Notes under the pieces: model-generated
The model's input: the letters and a program-made list of their open reading frames with translations, nothing else
Told to the model about the DNA's origin: nothing
Database searches by the model: none
IMG/VR virus record: IMGVR_UViG_3300045425_000063
Coordinates: 1 to 62,078 of that record
Length of the DNA stretch: 62,078 bases
Source: a virus
Taxonomy: Duplodnaviria; Caudoviricetes
Strand: one strand, 5' to 3'
Shown here: positions 45,098-55,564 of the stretch, piece by piece
Numbering within the stretch: the stretch's first letter is position 1
Layout of the letters: every line of letters starts with the position of its first letter
Made by a program: the position numbers and the translations under genes

Positions 45098-46807
45098 TTA
45101 GAGAATATGCGAAAAATTCTTTCTCTTCTCAACCCTTATGACACTTTCAAATTTGTCCTCCAAGCCAGTCTTATGTGAAATCACAAATATATTAGCATCA
45201 CTAATCACATAACGAATGATCTTTAAAAATTCATCAGTCCCAGAACTATCCAATGAACTATCAAATACTTCATCAAAAATAATAAGATTACAAGAAACCG
45301 AATTCTTTAGTTTTGCTACTTCTCTCCAAGCAAACAATAGAGCAAGATTGATTCTAGACTTTTCACCCTCACTAAATGAACTATAAGAAAAGTCTTCATA
45401 AATGGGTGATTGTACACTTTCATTAAACTCCTCATTAAGTGTGAAGTTAATGTAAAAGTCCATCATCTGAAGATAGCGATTAATCTGTTGATTAATCAAT
45501 GGAAGATATTTTTTAATAATCTTTGATTTAACACCACTATCCTTAAGAAGTGAATATGCAAAATTGTGATAGGTAACTAACTCTTTTTTGGAAGATAGTT
45601 CATCAAAAGTATTTTTCAAAGTTTCGGTGTATACCTTTAGTTTTTCGTGTTCAGTATTTCGGTTTTCAAGTTGTTCGGTAATTGTTTGAATTTCTGATTC
45701 AAAATCCCGTATTTGTCTTTGATGACCAGAGATGCGAGTGTTATTCTGGGTAATTTCATTTGATACTTTTGATACTTCCTTTGAAAGCATAAGAAATTGT
45801 CTTTCCCGTTCTTCCTCATCTTGAATCACTTGTTCAAGTTCATTATAACCATCACGAAGTTCTTTTGCTTTTTTTTCAGCATCACTAATCTTATTTAACC
45901 TAAATTTTTCTGCAATTTCTTGGGTGCAGGTAGGGCATACCGTATTCTGGTTAAAGAATTTATGCTCTGTAGTAATAGTTGATACTTTTTGTGAAATTTT
46001 ACCTTTAAGATTTCCAAGTTTTTTTAATTTAATAGAAGCATCATTTACTTCCTCAAGGTTTTTATTCAAAGAAAAAACATTCTCCTCAAGAAGTGAGTTT
46101 TCATTTATATAAACTTCAACTTCACTCATTAAAGTATTAATTCTACTTTTTCTTTGTTTGATATTTTCTTTTCCACGATTTTCAAGTTCATCAATAAAGT
46201 TTTTTTGCATTTCAACTTTATCTTTAAGTGATTGCTTTTTCAAATCAAGAGTTCGCATTTCTTCTTTAATTTGGCGAATTTTATCCTTGATAATTGTATT
46301 CATAGACGAGAAGATTTTAATATCAAGCAAATCTTCAATTACTTCTCTACGATGAGCAGAAGAAAGTTGCATAAACGGAACAAAGTTACTACTACCAATA
46401 ATTACAATTTGAGTAAATGACTTATAGTTCATTTTAAGAACCGATTGCTCAAACCATTTTTGTTGATCTACAGCAGAAGAACTTTGATCTAATAAAGACC
46501 CATTACGATATATCTCAAAAATATTTGGTTTGATTCCTCTACGAACTTTATATGCAGTTGTTGCAATTTTAAATTCAACTTCTACGACACAATCACGTTC
46601 GTTAGTAGAATTGATTAATTGTGGTTTATTGATACCCCGAAATGACTTACCAAAAAGAACAAAAGTGAGAGCATCTAAAAGTGTAGTTTTTCCAGCACCA
46701 TTTGAACCAATAATCAATGTAGTTGCAGATTTTTTGAAATCAACTTCAGTAAATTGATTTCCAACACTTAAAAAGTTTTTAAACTTTATTTTTTCAAAAT
46801 CAATCAT
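45098..46807 (-). CDS. g46: Rad50/SbcC-like recombination ATPase (gp46)
   Basis: GSNGAGKT, CPTC hook, FSEGE, DEVFD, SH. Confidence 0.95.
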   Translation of the reverse strand: MIDFEKIKFKNFLSVGNQFTEVDFKKSATTLIIGSNGAGKTTLLDALTFVLFGKSFRGINKPQLINSTNERDCVVEVEFKIATTAYKVRRGIKPNIFEIYRNGSLLDQSSSAVDQQKWFEQSVLKMNYKSFTQIVIIGSSNFVPFMQLSSAHRREVIEDLLDIKIFSSMNTIIKDKIRQIKEEMRTLDLKKQSLKDKVEMQKNFIDELENRGKENIKQRKSRINTLMSEVEVYINENSLLEENVFSLNKNLEEVNDASIKLKKLGNLKGKISQKVSTITTEHKFFNQNTVCPTCTQEIAEKFRLNKISDAEKKAKELRDGYNELEQVIQDEEERERQFLMLSKEVSKVSNEITQNNTRISGHQRQIRDFESEIQTITEQLENRNTEHEKLKVYTETLKNTFDELSSKKELVTYHNFAYSLLKDSGVKSKIIKKYLPLINQQINRYLQMMDFYINFTLNEEFNESVQSPIYEDFSYSSFSEGEKSRINLALLFAWREVAKLKNSVSCNLIIFDEVFDSSLDSSGTDEFLKIIRYVISDANIFVISHKTGLEDKFESVIRVEKRKNFSHIL

Positions 46808-46809
46808 TT

Positions 46810-47085
46810 TTAAATAAAATCAGTATCTTCTTGTTGTGGGGGAATTACAATATCATTTGGAGTAAAAATTCTATATTCATAGTCGTTAATTTCACATGCC
46901 ATTATAACAACTTTTTCTTCAACTTCAACTACATTCATTTTAGGATAATCATCTTCTTCTAACAACATTGCAAATCTAGCAGCATCATCTTTTTCTTCGA
47001 AAATATAAAGAATATGATTTCCTAATTCATCTGTAACAGCATAGGCACCTTCATTTTCTTTCCCGTCAAGAGTTATAAGATACAT
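46810..47085 (-). CDS. conserved cyanophage hypothetical protein
   Basis: EGAYAV...FEEKDDA.R; lies between g47 and g46. Confidence 0.75.
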   Translation of the reverse strand: MYLITLDGKENEGAYAVTDELGNHILYIFEEKDDAARFAMLLEEDDYPKMNVVEVEEKVVIMACEINDYEYRIFTPNDIVIPPQQEDTDFI

Positions 47086-48122
47086 TATACCATTTCCAAT
47101 GCTTCTTTATATACTTCTTCTAATATGTTAGATATAGTAGTTTTGCTCAGTTCACATTCACTTTCAGTGACATATCTTTGAAGAATGGAAAAAGTATCTT
47201 CAGTTTCAAATGCATCAAACTCTTCTAAATTTATAATTTGAAAGTTTTCAACAATTTTAATTTCGGCAATATTTGCACTATAAAGTTTATCTACAAATCT
47301 CTCAAATTGCTTAATGTCTGTTTTTTTACGAACAATTAAACGAACAATTTTATTTTCATACTCTCTTACATCAAATGTTTGATATGGAGTGTCTTCATAA
47401 TATATGTTATAGAACATACGATAAGGATTATCAATATGAAAGTGTTCTAATGTTTCAGTATCAAAAATAGTAAATCCACGCGGATCGTTTACATCATTCC
47501 AGTATATCTCGTAAGGATTGCCCAGATAGAATACAGTTCCATTGTCAGAACGAGTGTGGTAATGACCAGAAAATACCTTTTTGAAGTTTGAAAAAAGATT
47601 CGCTTCCAATCCATGTTCATTCATTACTAAGTTTCTATTTACCCTAAACCCTTGAAGTTCAAGGTGCCCCATTACAACAGTTGCTTTAGTATTCTTAATC
47701 AATTTAAATGAGTTATCTTGATTTTCAGAATTAATCCAAGGAAGAAGAAGAACATCTAATCCGTCAATATTAATTTCAGTTGGTTCAGAGTATGTCTTTA
47801 TGTTTGAGTAATCCCTGAGAAGAAGTTCCGGAGAATTTATCTTATTAGAATTTTTAAAGTAAACATCATGATTTCCTGTAATTAAATGAACCTTATACTT
47901 TAAAAGTGGTTCAAGTACAACTTTACGTGTCCAATCAAGACCAACAAAATCAATTGACTTACGACTATCAAAAGCATCTCCCATATGAATAACAGTTTCA
48001 ATCCCATACTGATCCAGCGTTGGGAAAAAAACATTATTATAGAATTGCTCAAAATAATCTTGAAAAAGTCTTGATGACTTTCTTGCTGACCAGTGAGTGT
48101 CTGTAAGTATAGCAATTTTCAT
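47085..48122 (-). CDS. g47: Mre11/SbcD-like nuclease (gp47)
   Basis: DTH, GDAFD, GNHD, GHYH. Confidence 0.95.
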   Translation of the reverse strand: MKIAILTDTHWSARKSSRLFQDYFEQFYNNVFFPTLDQYGIETVIHMGDAFDSRKSIDFVGLDWTRKVVLEPLLKYKVHLITGNHDVYFKNSNKINSPELLLRDYSNIKTYSEPTEINIDGLDVLLLPWINSENQDNSFKLIKNTKATVVMGHLELQGFRVNRNLVMNEHGLEANLFSNFKKVFSGHYHTRSDNGTVFYLGNPYEIYWNDVNDPRGFTIFDTETLEHFHIDNPYRMFYNIYYEDTPYQTFDVREYENKIVRLIVRKKTDIKQFERFVDKLYSANIAEIKIVENFQIINLEEFDAFETEDTFSILQRYVTESECELSKTTISNILEEVYKEALEMV

Positions 48123-48662
48123 TTAGGAATTCATTTTTATATGAACGTTCTCCTTAATAGAATTATAGGTGGAATAATTGCCTCCGTCAATATGATTGTC
48201 ATCAGTAAATACTTCATCAAATCCAGTTCTTTCAAGAATCTTATTTTTGATTTCCAATTGCCTTTTTTCTTTTCCAATTCTACGAATAAATGCAAAGTGA
48301 ATAATTTGCGTAAAATAAGCAAAGGGGTTTTGAGATTTTTCTGGATTAAAATTATATAAATATTGAATACAATTTTCTATACCATCGGAAATCATATCAT
48401 CCTTAAACATATAATTTACAAAATTAGGTTTAAATGATAGATGAGTGGCAATCTTAAGAATACATTCCCCAATATAATTTGGTATTGGTGGTTTATTTGG
48501 ACTAGTCCACTTTTTCAATTGTTCATCAGTAATATCAGGTATTTCTTTTTCTGCCACTTCTCGCAATTTTCTTCTATACTCAATAAGTGCGGCCAAAAAC
48601 TCTTTATTATTTACATAGTGAACTGATCTTTTTCTTTTATTCATTACTGCTGTTGAAATCAT
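48123..48662 (-). CDS. g55: late-transcription sigma factor (gp55)
   Basis: HYVNNKEF, PNFVNY, DMISDG, NPFAYFTQI. Confidence 0.95.
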   Translation of the reverse strand: MISTAVMNKRKRSVHYVNNKEFLAALIEYRRKLREVAEKEIPDITDEQLKKWTSPNKPPIPNYIGECILKIATHLSFKPNFVNYMFKDDMISDGIENCIQYLYNFNPEKSQNPFAYFTQIIHFAFIRRIGKEKRQLEIKNKILERTGFDEVFTDDNHIDGGNYSTYNSIKENVHIKMNS

Positions 48663-48688
48663 AAGAAGTTCTAATTTATTATGTAAAT

Positions 48689-48775
48689 ATTATAACACAT
48701 AATCATTCAAATAACAACCACTTGACAGACCCATAGGAATGTATGTATAATAGGCTTGTTGGTTTTGAAGGTCAA
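48689..48775. promoter_or_regulatory. overlapping divergent sigma70 promoters upstream of g55
   Basis: Minus: TTGACC-17-TATTAT and TTGTTA-17-TATAAT; plus: TTGACA-18-TATAAT. Confidence 0.6.
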
Positions 48776-48849
48776 GTAAAGCTTCTATATTAATAAAGAT
48801 GATTATATTATAGAACATGTTTCCGAAGGAAACTATCACGAAGTGATAT

Positions 48850-49239
48850 CTATGAATTCTTAAATATTTTCTCCAATAGTTCTTTAGCATCATGTACATT
48901 TGCAAGGTATCCCATTTTCCTTGATACATTAGGTCTCTGGTTCTTTATATCATCAATTCTTTGTACAAAAGATTGATGTATCATAATCATCTCAATATCA
49001 CTTGTTTCACTCATAGTAATTATATCATCCATTTTTATTACAAACATATCTTCCGTTGTAGTTTTCATCCAAGGTTCTATTTTATATCCAGAGGAATCTC
49101 CCCGTCCTTTCACACTTGTAAGCATAATTGGGTTTGTTACAATTAAAGTTATTTTATTTTCTTCATCGCATGGGAGAACACGAGCAAATATCTCTTCTCC
49201 GGTGTTTAATTTAATTGATGCATAAAAGTCATCTTCCAT
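48850..49239 (-). CDS. conserved cyanophage hypothetical protein
   Basis: FYASIKLNTGEEIFA, KMGYL; lies between uvsW and g55. Confidence 0.75.
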   Translation of the reverse strand: MEDDFYASIKLNTGEEIFARVLPCDEENKITLIVTNPIMLTSVKGRGDSSGYKIEPWMKTTTEDMFVIKMDDIITMSETSDIEMIMIHQSFVQRIDDIKNQRPNVSRKMGYLANVHDAKELLEKIFKNS

Positions 49240-49240
49240 A

Positions 49241-50716
49241 TTATTCTTTTAGATTGATTGTTATTATTTCGTAATTAAAATCTTCTTCAGTATAAATCTT
49301 AACTCTTTCTATAAAGTGATTCAATGTATAATTTTTTCTTGAATTATAAGTACAATCGTCAGAAATATCATAAAGAGTTGCTTTATCTTTATTACTTCCT
49401 TTTCTTAAAACTCTACCAATTGACTGTAAATTACGAATTCTTGATTTGCTTGGTGAAGCAAAAATTACATTATGTAAATTTTTAATTGAAATTCCTGTAC
49501 TAAACACACCGTAAGAAGCAACGATTATTGCGTTGTTCTCTCTTTCCGTAATCTCTCTTACCAGTTCTCTTTCTTGAACATCAACACCACCATGAACAAA
49601 AAATACTTTACGATTATCATCACTACCATTATTTATGAGTTTATATAAGGGCAGTCCATGAGTTTCCACTCTTGAAAATAAAATTAACGTATTTCCTTTG
49701 ATGTCAAGAGAAAGATTTTTAATGAAGTTGTTTCTTTTCTCGTTGGTGATAAGAAATTGAATTTCATCCTCATACTTATCAAACTTTTGAGGAGTATGTT
49801 TTAAAACCAAACAATGAATATCTAACTGCGATGCTCTTCCCTTTTCAATTAGTTCTTTAGTTCCTACTGCTTTATATGATGGACCAAATAATCCAGAAAT
49901 AACCCACTCATGAGTTTGTGAGTCTTTTCCTCCATTAGAAAGTGTACCAGTAAATCCAAACCGATACTTTGCATTATGTGATTTCTTCATAATGTCAATA
50001 AGACTTTTACTTTTACATCCATGACACTCATCAACAATTACGCAATCATAATTTTCAAAAAAAGATTTATCTAATTTATGAATACTTTGCCAAGTTGAAA
50101 GAGTGATTGGTGAATTAGTATCTTTTTCTTGTCCATAATAAATCATATGACAATGATTCTCTGGATCCCACCCATACTCAGACCAATCTTTAAACATTTG
50201 ATGAATCAAAGATGTTGTAGGGAATACAACTAATATTTTAAATCCTTTTGTTGCATAATACCTTACAATTGAGTAAATCATATAAGATTTACCTGAAGAT
50301 GTTGCTGAAATAATTGTTTTTCTATTATATCTTAAACATTCATAGACAGCATTTATTTGATAATCATAAGGTGAGAGATTGGAAATATGAGTCATATAAC
50401 CAGACACTCCCTCTGGCGTTATTTCATCATTTACTTCAAACGGAAGTCCATAGTACTTATTATCACGAAACTCATAGGTGTATCCGTGATTTTTAATTTT
50501 TGCTATAACTTTATCTAAAAGTCCAGTATATATTTCTCCTGTAGCAGTGCTCAGTAGTTTTATTTCTCCATCCCACCGCTTTCCCCTATACTGTGGCATA
50601 AACTTTGCCGATTCTACAGTAAAAGTAAAGTATGGTGCTAATTCATATAAGATATGAGGATCGCATTCTAACTTTATGAAAACCTCATTCTTTTTAGATA
50701 TAACTACGTCACTCAT
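49241..50716 (-). CDS. uvsW: DNA/RNA helicase UvsW
   Basis: TSSGKS, DECH, TGT, QSIGRVLR. Confidence 0.95.
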   Translation of the reverse strand: MSDVVISKKNEVFIKLECDPHILYELAPYFTFTVESAKFMPQYRGKRWDGEIKLLSTATGEIYTGLLDKVIAKIKNHGYTYEFRDNKYYGLPFEVNDEITPEGVSGYMTHISNLSPYDYQINAVYECLRYNRKTIISATSSGKSYMIYSIVRYYATKGFKILVVFPTTSLIHQMFKDWSEYGWDPENHCHMIYYGQEKDTNSPITLSTWQSIHKLDKSFFENYDCVIVDECHGCKSKSLIDIMKKSHNAKYRFGFTGTLSNGGKDSQTHEWVISGLFGPSYKAVGTKELIEKGRASQLDIHCLVLKHTPQKFDKYEDEIQFLITNEKRNNFIKNLSLDIKGNTLILFSRVETHGLPLYKLINNGSDDNRKVFFVHGGVDVQERELVREITERENNAIIVASYGVFSTGISIKNLHNVIFASPSKSRIRNLQSIGRVLRKGSNKDKATLYDISDDCTYNSRKNYTLNHFIERVKIYTEEDFNYEIITINLKE

Positions 50717-50748
50717 AGAATAATCAATTTCTATGAGTATTTATTGTA

Positions 50749-51183
50749 TCACCCTAACCCACTTGCAAATTTTTGAAAATCAATTGCATTTTTTATTTGG
50801 TAATTTCTATTATGAATCATCTTTAAAATATCTTGAAGATAACTTAACATTACATCATAATATTCTACTTTTAGAGATGATTGAGAAAGAATTTCATCTG
50901 CATCCATATATTTTTGAAGAGTGTCTTTATCTCTTATTTTTTTAGGAAATGGATTTTCTACATAAACATCAGGATCTGCTTTTCCTGTGTAGTACTCATA
51001 CTTTTGATGTCTTATATTTCTTTTCTGTTGTTCTGCTTTCTTTTTAAGAAGCAATATATTATTAAACATATCGTGATACTTTGCATGAAGCGAAGGAGTG
51101 TTTAAAGATTCTGTGTGCAAATTATCTGGATCTATTATTGAATCTTTTTCCCACATCTCCTGTATTTTTTCAAGGTCAATCAT
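50749..51183 (-). CDS. uvsY: recombination mediator UvsY
   Basis: WEKDS, LHAKY, YYTGKA, RNYQIKNAI; synteny. Confidence 0.88.
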   Translation of the reverse strand: MIDLEKIQEMWEKDSIIDPDNLHTESLNTPSLHAKYHDMFNNILLLKKKAEQQKRNIRHQKYEYYTGKADPDVYVENPFPKKIRDKDTLQKYMDADEILSQSSLKVEYYDVMLSYLQDILKMIHNRNYQIKNAIDFQKFASGLG

Positions 51184-51186
51184 AGT

Positions 51187-51747
51187 TTATTTTGTTGGAT
51201 TTAATGGATTTCCTATCCTATCTACTATATTATACATCATATATTTAAATGATACATCTGCGGTAAAATATTCTTCATCAGCGGTTGTAGCGTCAAACTG
51301 TAAAGTACTTAATTGATACGGAAACATTGAACTAAATTTAATATTAAAATTAAAATTTTTGTTACTGTTTAGAACAAGTAAAGTACCATCAGAGTATAGA
51401 TTCATTTGAGAATTATATGGTTGCTCAAATTTTTCATTTGAGTTTTGCCAATCATATATTTCTTTAAGTGATTCTGGAAATCCAAGACCTCTCATCCAGT
51501 TTTGAATTTCCATATAATTTTCAAGATTTTCATCTACAAGGAATCGTAGAGTGAAATCTTCAAATTCCATTTTATCTCCAGGAACTGGGATGTCATTTAA
51601 ATAATTTGGTTGCGTTGCAACTCCTAAAGTGATTGATGGTATATTAGCGGTATTTGAAAAAAAAGCAACTTTAGGTGCTCTATTGAGGGTGAATTTAAAT
51701 CCAACTGAGGATAAAAAATTTCTATTTTCTATTTGACCTTTGAACAT
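51187..51747 (-). CDS. g3: tail completion / sheath stabilizer (gp3)
   Basis: NFLS..GFKF, ANIP, FLVDENLENY, FP..LS. Confidence 0.85.
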   Translation of the reverse strand: MFKGQIENRNFLSSVGFKFTLNRAPKVAFFSNTANIPSITLGVATQPNYLNDIPVPGDKMEFEDFTLRFLVDENLENYMEIQNWMRGLGFPESLKEIYDWQNSNEKFEQPYNSQMNLYSDGTLLVLNSNKNFNFNIKFSSMFPYQLSTLQFDATTADEEYFTADVSFKYMMYNIVDRIGNPLNPTK

Positions 51748-51792
51748 TGTTTTTCAACTATTTAGTTCTTAATTTGAAAAAAAATTGACAAT

Positions 51793-51816
51793 AAAAAAGG
51801 GAGGATTTCTCCTCCC
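51793..51816 (-). terminator. intrinsic terminator after g23
   Basis: GGGAG-gagaaatc-CTCCC-T6. Confidence 0.7.
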
Positions 51817-51841
51817 GGTATTGTTTAATCTCAAATGAGAC

Positions 51842-53269
51842 TCACATAAGATTTTTAACAAGTACACGACGGTAGTAAGTATTGCTACTTGCAGTAATTC
51901 TACCGAGACCTTGAGCACCGCCTTCCGCGAATGGATTAGCAACAAGACCATAACGGGTCTTAAATCCAATTTTTGGTTGGAAGCTGTTCTCACCAACGGC
52001 ACGAACCATTTGGAGAGGAACATAAGGACAATAGAATAGACCAGCGTCATAAGGTGAAGAACCCTTATAACCAACAACATAATATTGGTTTGAACTTACG
52101 TTCGCAGCATAAGGATCAATATAGACGCGGAACTTGCCGAGTAGAACACCAGCAAAGGTGTTACCAGTGTCATCTACGTTGAGGTTTGCATTTAGAGCAG
52201 GAGTGTAATCAAGTACACCAGCCATGCTTAGTGCAGAAGCAACGTCAGCAGAACACATAATAACATTACCCTTCCCTCTACGAGTTTGCTGGGCGATAGC
52301 GTTAGCATCACGCTCAATCTGGAAGAGTAGACCCTTGAACTTCTCAACGCTCCAACGACCGTTTGAGTCAACGTCAAGGTCAAATACGCCAGCAGTTGCT
52401 ACGTTTGCTTGAGCACCAGGCTTAGCAACCTTGTAGATGGTACGAATTACTTCTCTATTGATTTCCGCAAGGATTTCAGTAGAAAGAATATTCGCAAGTT
52501 CTGCTTCGGCGTTTAGACCGTGAATTGCCTTAAGGTCCTGAGCAAGTTCAAGTGAATACTCGGCCTTTAGTGCTCTTGACTTCGCTTCAACTAGAACTTT
52601 CTCAATAGAGAAGTTCATTTCGTTGAACTGAGGACCACCATCCTGACCTAGTGCTTCAGAATCGGCAGTCTGCATACCCTGACCAGTCTTATAAGACAAC
52701 TGACCATTAGGATTAAGAAGACCTGGATTATCATTAGAACTACCAGTAACAACACTTGCGTTGGTAGTACCGAAACCTACCGCAACACCATCATCAGATG
52801 CTCCAGTATAATTACCTTGAGTTGCACTAAAATCACTGTTCTGAGCAGAGAAAGATGAGTTTACTTCGTTGTAGAAGGTTTCATCACCAGTGGTACGATT
52901 AGTACCATAGCGTGAACGCATAGCAAAGATAAGACCAGTAGGTCCGGTCATTGGTTGAACGCCAGCGAGGTCATAAGCGACCAAGTTAGGCATTGAGCGT
53001 CTAATTAGTGAAATTAGAACTGGATCAAAACCTGCAACTGGACCTTCAGGTTGAGATGTACCACTGAAACCACTGGTTCCAGCAGACATAGTTGGAGATT
53101 CAGTAAGGAATTCTCCGTGTGAGAAAGAATTCTGCTCTCTTAAAAATTTTTCTTGGTTCTCTAGCAAGACAGCGGTTACAGCCTTTCTGTGTGAATCTTT
53201 GATTGGATCAAGACCCTCATAGTTCAGAAGTGGTGCCCACTTTTCTTGCAATCTTTCTGATTGAAACAT
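51842..53269 (-). CDS. g23: major capsid protein (gp23)
   Basis: KWAPLL, GVQPMTGPTGLIFAMR, ELAQDLKAIHGL, FYCPYVPL, GFKTRYG. Confidence 0.98.
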   Translation of the reverse strand: MFQSERLQEKWAPLLNYEGLDPIKDSHRKAVTAVLLENQEKFLREQNSFSHGEFLTESPTMSAGTSGFSGTSQPEGPVAGFDPVLISLIRRSMPNLVAYDLAGVQPMTGPTGLIFAMRSRYGTNRTTGDETFYNEVNSSFSAQNSDFSATQGNYTGASDDGVAVGFGTTNASVVTGSSNDNPGLLNPNGQLSYKTGQGMQTADSEALGQDGGPQFNEMNFSIEKVLVEAKSRALKAEYSLELAQDLKAIHGLNAEAELANILSTEILAEINREVIRTIYKVAKPGAQANVATAGVFDLDVDSNGRWSVEKFKGLLFQIERDANAIAQQTRRGKGNVIMCSADVASALSMAGVLDYTPALNANLNVDDTGNTFAGVLLGKFRVYIDPYAANVSSNQYYVVGYKGSSPYDAGLFYCPYVPLQMVRAVGENSFQPKIGFKTRYGLVANPFAEGGAQGLGRITASSNTYYRRVLVKNLM

Positions 53270-53323
53270 TGCCTTTTACCTCTGTAAAAAATTGAAATTG
53301 TTTTGTTTGATTAAATATTAAAT

Positions 53324-54544
53324 TCAGCGTTTTGCAACTGCTGAAAGAGTCCTCAAGTAAGCATTCATTGTATCTGAGTGAAACTCAGTTGCAACGTCTA
53401 CTCCTTCAGATAATGTTTCAGTTGTTGCTGATGGAGCAACTATTCTTGAAGGAAAATATGATTCCTTCAAAGTCTCCAGTTTTCCACGATATTCTGCCTC
53501 ACTCTCAAACTCTACACTTTCGGAAAGTGAAGCGAGCTTTTCCTTCTGAGTGGTCGCAAGACCTTCAGAAATTTCATCAAAGATTCTATCAGCAACCGAC
53601 TCTGAGAGGCGCTTGTTGAGTTGAATATTTCTCTCAATTTGCTCGTTGAGTTTAGTCTCCATATCATCAAGTTTTTCTACCATATTCTCAAGTACATCAT
53701 ATTTTTCTTCAGGGATTTCTACATAATGTTCTTCAAAAAGTTGCTTGAGACCACCAAGGAATGACTCAGTGAGTTCTTCCTTGAGACCTGTCTCAATAGC
53801 AAGAGTGTTTTCATCTACCCACTCTTCAGCAACATACTCTAGATAAGCGTCTAGGCGCTCTTCTAGTTCTTCTTTGATTACTTGAACTTCTTCTACTAGT
53901 TTATCTTCGTATTGAACTTCAAGTGACTCACGGATTTCATTAACTTTTGAACGAAGAGCAGATTCAAAAATCACTCTTGCTTTTTCTTGGAACTCTTCGG
54001 AGAGATCTTCGCCATGAAGTAGAGCATTGACATCTTCTTCAATGTCAAACTCTTCTTTCTTCATTTCATCTTCATCATCTTCATCTTCTTCATCATCATC
54101 TTCATCATCATTTTCATCATCTTCGTCGTTATTATTTTTCTTAGACTTTTTATTACCTTTCTCTTCATCTTCTTCAGAGATTAAATCCTCATCTTCAGAA
54201 TCTTCTTCTGAAATAAGATCTTCATCTTCCAATTCTTCTTCTTCCTTTACGGCATCAGATTTCTTAAGACCCTTCATAGGATCAGCGCCCTTTGCACCTT
54301 TATTTACTACATCTTTAACTTGCTTAAGACCAGAACCAGCATCTTTAAGTTGTGCTGAATTGTCATCTGGTCTATAATTATCTGGAGTAGGACCACCTAA
54401 ATCTTCCCAACTACCAGTTTGACCAGCAACTGCTCCAGGTGCAAGTTTGGGCATTGGATCCCCTGCTTTTGCGTTAGCATTTATAGCAGTTCTGGATTGC
54501 TTTGTGCCTGATTCCATTTCCTGTAAGTTTTTACCACGAGACAT
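53324..54544 (-). CDS. g22: prohead core scaffold (gp22)
   Basis: EDLSEEF.EKA..IFE, YLEYV, LKESYF; long D/E tract. Confidence 0.9.
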   Translation of the reverse strand: MSRGKNLQEMESGTKQSRTAINANAKAGDPMPKLAPGAVAGQTGSWEDLGGPTPDNYRPDDNSAQLKDAGSGLKQVKDVVNKGAKGADPMKGLKKSDAVKEEEELEDEDLISEEDSEDEDLISEEDEEKGNKKSKKNNNDEDDENDDEDDDEEDEDDEDEMKKEEFDIEEDVNALLHGEDLSEEFQEKARVIFESALRSKVNEIRESLEVQYEDKLVEEVQVIKEELEERLDAYLEYVAEEWVDENTLAIETGLKEELTESFLGGLKQLFEEHYVEIPEEKYDVLENMVEKLDDMETKLNEQIERNIQLNKRLSESVADRIFDEISEGLATTQKEKLASLSESVEFESEAEYRGKLETLKESYFPSRIVAPSATTETLSEGVDVATEFHSDTMNAYLRTLSAVAKR

Positions 54545-54601
54545 TTGAAACTCTCCGTTTTAACCTTTGTTAATAACTATATTTATTTATAATTTAAGAA
54601 A

Positions 54602-55249
54602 TTACAATGAATTTAAGAAGTCATTGAATAAATTTAATTTATTCTCTTCTAGTTGTTTAGAATCTACTAAAGTATTAATTCTTTTATGTATTCTTGAAAC
54701 TTTTTGCTCAAGAACACCATTATTCCATACCCACTCAACACCTTCCATAATTCCCGAAACGAAAGCATCGGGTGCAGAGGGGTCTGCAACAATATCAGCG
54801 GCGGTGGCAAGCATAAAATCCTCACCAACTTCTTTGTAACCTTTATTGTTTTCCCTTAGTGATCCAATACCACGAGAGGAAACTCCAAGACAAACACCAT
54901 CACCAAGAAGTGATTCGGCAATTTTACCCATAGGAGTTGATAAAATTTGCGCCTTCCCAATCCAAGTATTACCCTTTTGCTCAAGGCAAACAATTTTATG
55001 AGAAACACGATCAAGATTCACGGTAGGTCCATCTGGGTGACCTAGTTCTCCAAGAGCACGACCTTTTTGAATATAGTTTTCATTATAACGCTTTACTTCT
55101 CTTTCCATAATAGAAAAAGGATACATTCTTCCATTTCTATTTACGCATTCAGATTGTAAAAAAGGTCCTGTTATATAAAGTCTTTTGTTACTACCAGTAC
55201 CTTCTGTAAGAACTTCAACCTTTTCTATCTCTTCGGTGATTAGTTTCAT
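54602..55249 (-). CDS. g21: prohead protease (gp21)
   Basis: NRNGRMY, ALGELGHP, GVSSRG.GS, DIVADPS. Confidence 0.95.
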   Translation of the reverse strand: MKLITEEIEKVEVLTEGTGSNKRLYITGPFLQSECVNRNGRMYPFSIMEREVKRYNENYIQKGRALGELGHPDGPTVNLDRVSHKIVCLEQKGNTWIGKAQILSTPMGKIAESLLGDGVCLGVSSRGIGSLRENNKGYKEVGEDFMLATAADIVADPSAPDAFVSGIMEGVEWVWNNGVLEQKVSRIHKRINTLVDSKQLEENKLNLFNDFLNSL

Positions 55250-55253
55250 TTTC

Positions 55254-55520
55254 TTAGTTGGTAAATCCTACTTGGTTTGCTTGAATAGCAACAGACGTAA
55301 AAATTACATCCGTTGAAAGTTTTTCCAAAAATTCAACTCCATTTGCTGGAATAGCAAAAGATAAGGTAGTTGCGGCTCCAACAGAAGATGAAATACTTAC
55401 AGTTGAAATACCTGCAGTATTATTAAACAAACGAACACAAGTTGCCGCTCCAATACTTGTCGCTGCCCCAGCATTTGTTGCAGTTGAAACTACATTTCCA
55501 ATTATTTTAGTTCGTTGCAT
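55254..55520 (-). CDS. small virion-associated hypothetical protein
   Basis: ATCVRLFN...VGFTN; late motif upstream. Confidence 0.65.
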   Translation of the reverse strand: MQRTKIIGNVVSTATNAGAATSIGAATCVRLFNNTAGISTVSISSSVGAATTLSFAIPANGVEFLEKLSTDVIFTSVAIQANQVGFTN

Positions 55521-55564
55521 TATTTTACGATGTTCTATATTATCTATTTATAATTTAATAATAA

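Noticed and set aside
48690-48929. 79-aa minus-strand ORF upstream of g55
   Set aside because: Overlaps the upstream CDS and promoter cluster; composition unconvincing
54027-54377. Plus-strand poly-Ser ORF and TCA/TCT trinucleotide repeat
   Set aside because: Antisense shadow of the D/E-rich tract in gp22
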